From NCBI GenBank assembly GCA_944350275.1, contig CALVOK010000011.1, forward strand, positions 25,698 through 89,697: a DNA stretch of 64,000 nucleotides. Direction: 5' to 3'. Under the pieces are notes generated by a model. The model was not told where the DNA came from, ran no database searches, and was given only the letters and a program-made list of their open reading frames with translations. Of the stretch, positions 63,373-64,000 are shown piece after piece. The position numbers and the translations under genes are program-made. Every line of letters starts with the position of its first letter. Position 1 is the first letter of the stretch. The stretch is from an uncultured Clostridia bacterium. GTDB taxonomy: Bacteria; Bacillota; Clostridia; Christensenellales; UBA1242.

Positions 63373-64000
63373 CTATTCTTCGTCATCTGGAATATTAACA
63401 TTATGAAAAACCTCTTGCACATCGTCAAGGTCCTCAAGAGCATCAATCATCTTAGAAAATTTAGACAATTTTTCTTCATCTAAGTCTATATAACTATCAG
63501 GAATTAATGTAGTTTCAGCACTTAAAACATTATATCCAGCAGTTGTCAATGCATCACTTAAATTTGTATGCTCATTTGGGGAAGTTATTATTTCATAATA
63601 ATCATCATACTCAACAATATCAATAGCCCCCTCATCCAAAGCAGTCATCATTAGTTCATCACCATCAACTTTGTCATTTTTTTCTACATCAACAATACCT
63701 TTCCTTTGGAAAAGATAACTAACACAACCATTTGAGCCTAGTGAACCACCAAATTTATCGAATGAGTGTCTAACATCTCCTGCTGTTCTATTTTTGTTAT
63801 CTGTTAAGCATTCTACAATAACAGCCGCTCCGCCGCTACCATATCCCTCATAAGTACAACTTTCATAGTTTATACCAGATAGTTCTCCTGCTGCCTTTTT
63901 AATACTTCTTTCAATTGTGTCATTTGGCATATTGTTTTGTTTAGCCTTTGCAATTATATCCTTAAGTTTTGGATTAGATACAGGGTCTGAGCCTCCTGTT
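63373..64000 (-). CDS. yebC: YebC/PmpR-family transcriptional regulator (5' end beyond the window edge)
   Basis: NMPNDTIERSIKKA, YEGYGSGGAAVIVECLTDNKNRT, VQEVFHN. The reading frame stays open to position 64000. Confidence 0.88.
   Translation of the reverse strand, partial: TGGSDPVSNPKLKDIIAKAKQNNMPNDTIERSIKKAAGELSGINYESCTYEGYGSGGAAVIVECLTDNKNRTAGDVRHSFDKFGGSLGSNGCVSYLFQRKGIVDVEKNDKVDGDELMMTALDEGAIDIVEYDDYYEIITSPNEHTNLSDALTTAGYNVLSAETTLIPDSYIDLDEEKLSKFSKMIDALEDLDDVQEVFHNVNIPDDEE

Overview
This is an AT-rich window from a low-GC Firmicutes/Clostridia-like genome. Evidence for that lineage: sporulation genes yunB and spoIVB, a T-box leader, and Firmicute-type operons (tig-clpP-clpX, argR-recN-spoIVB, ywlE-rpiB, ruvCAB-queA-tgt). 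No similarity search, folding or statistics could be run; all calls come from reading the ORF translations and the DNA.

Most of the window is core housekeeping: dnaG-rpoD, recJ-rel, rpsO-pnp, lysS, nth, obg, gap, pheST with a Phe T-box, thiI, serS, rny, def. Genes run almost entirely on the + strand up to about 50 kb and entirely on the - strand from about 54 kb. The switch is centred on a 1.35-kb AT-rich stretch with no credible ORF, which looks like a replication-terminus-type convergence. An XerS-like tyrosine recombinase lies about 4 kb away.

One RNA gene is present, a type-II tRNA-Leu whose anticodon reads AAG. It is followed by two extra copies of its own 3' end embedded in a 64-nt repeat. 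Downstream is a small patch of decaying accessory genes: GNAT and HExxH genes each with one in-frame TAA, and a frameshifted NADAR. A frameshifted ADP-ribosylglycohydrolase lies at 49 kb.

The least explained signal is a dispersed repeat family built around the palindrome TATTATGCAWTGCATAATA. It occurs as about 64-bp composite copies at gene junctions, as a perfect 29-bp palindrome between divergent promoters, and as one copy inside a CDS.

Other observations:
- a long RSH (Rel) protein with a degenerate hydrolase domain
- an orphan EncFtn-like mini-ferritin
- an unusually long pheS T-box leader
- a recurrent TATAAT-N6-ATG (leaderless) start geometry
- a membrane-tethered PadR-like regulator next to a YgjP-type metalloprotease

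No rRNA, CRISPR array or transposase was seen.
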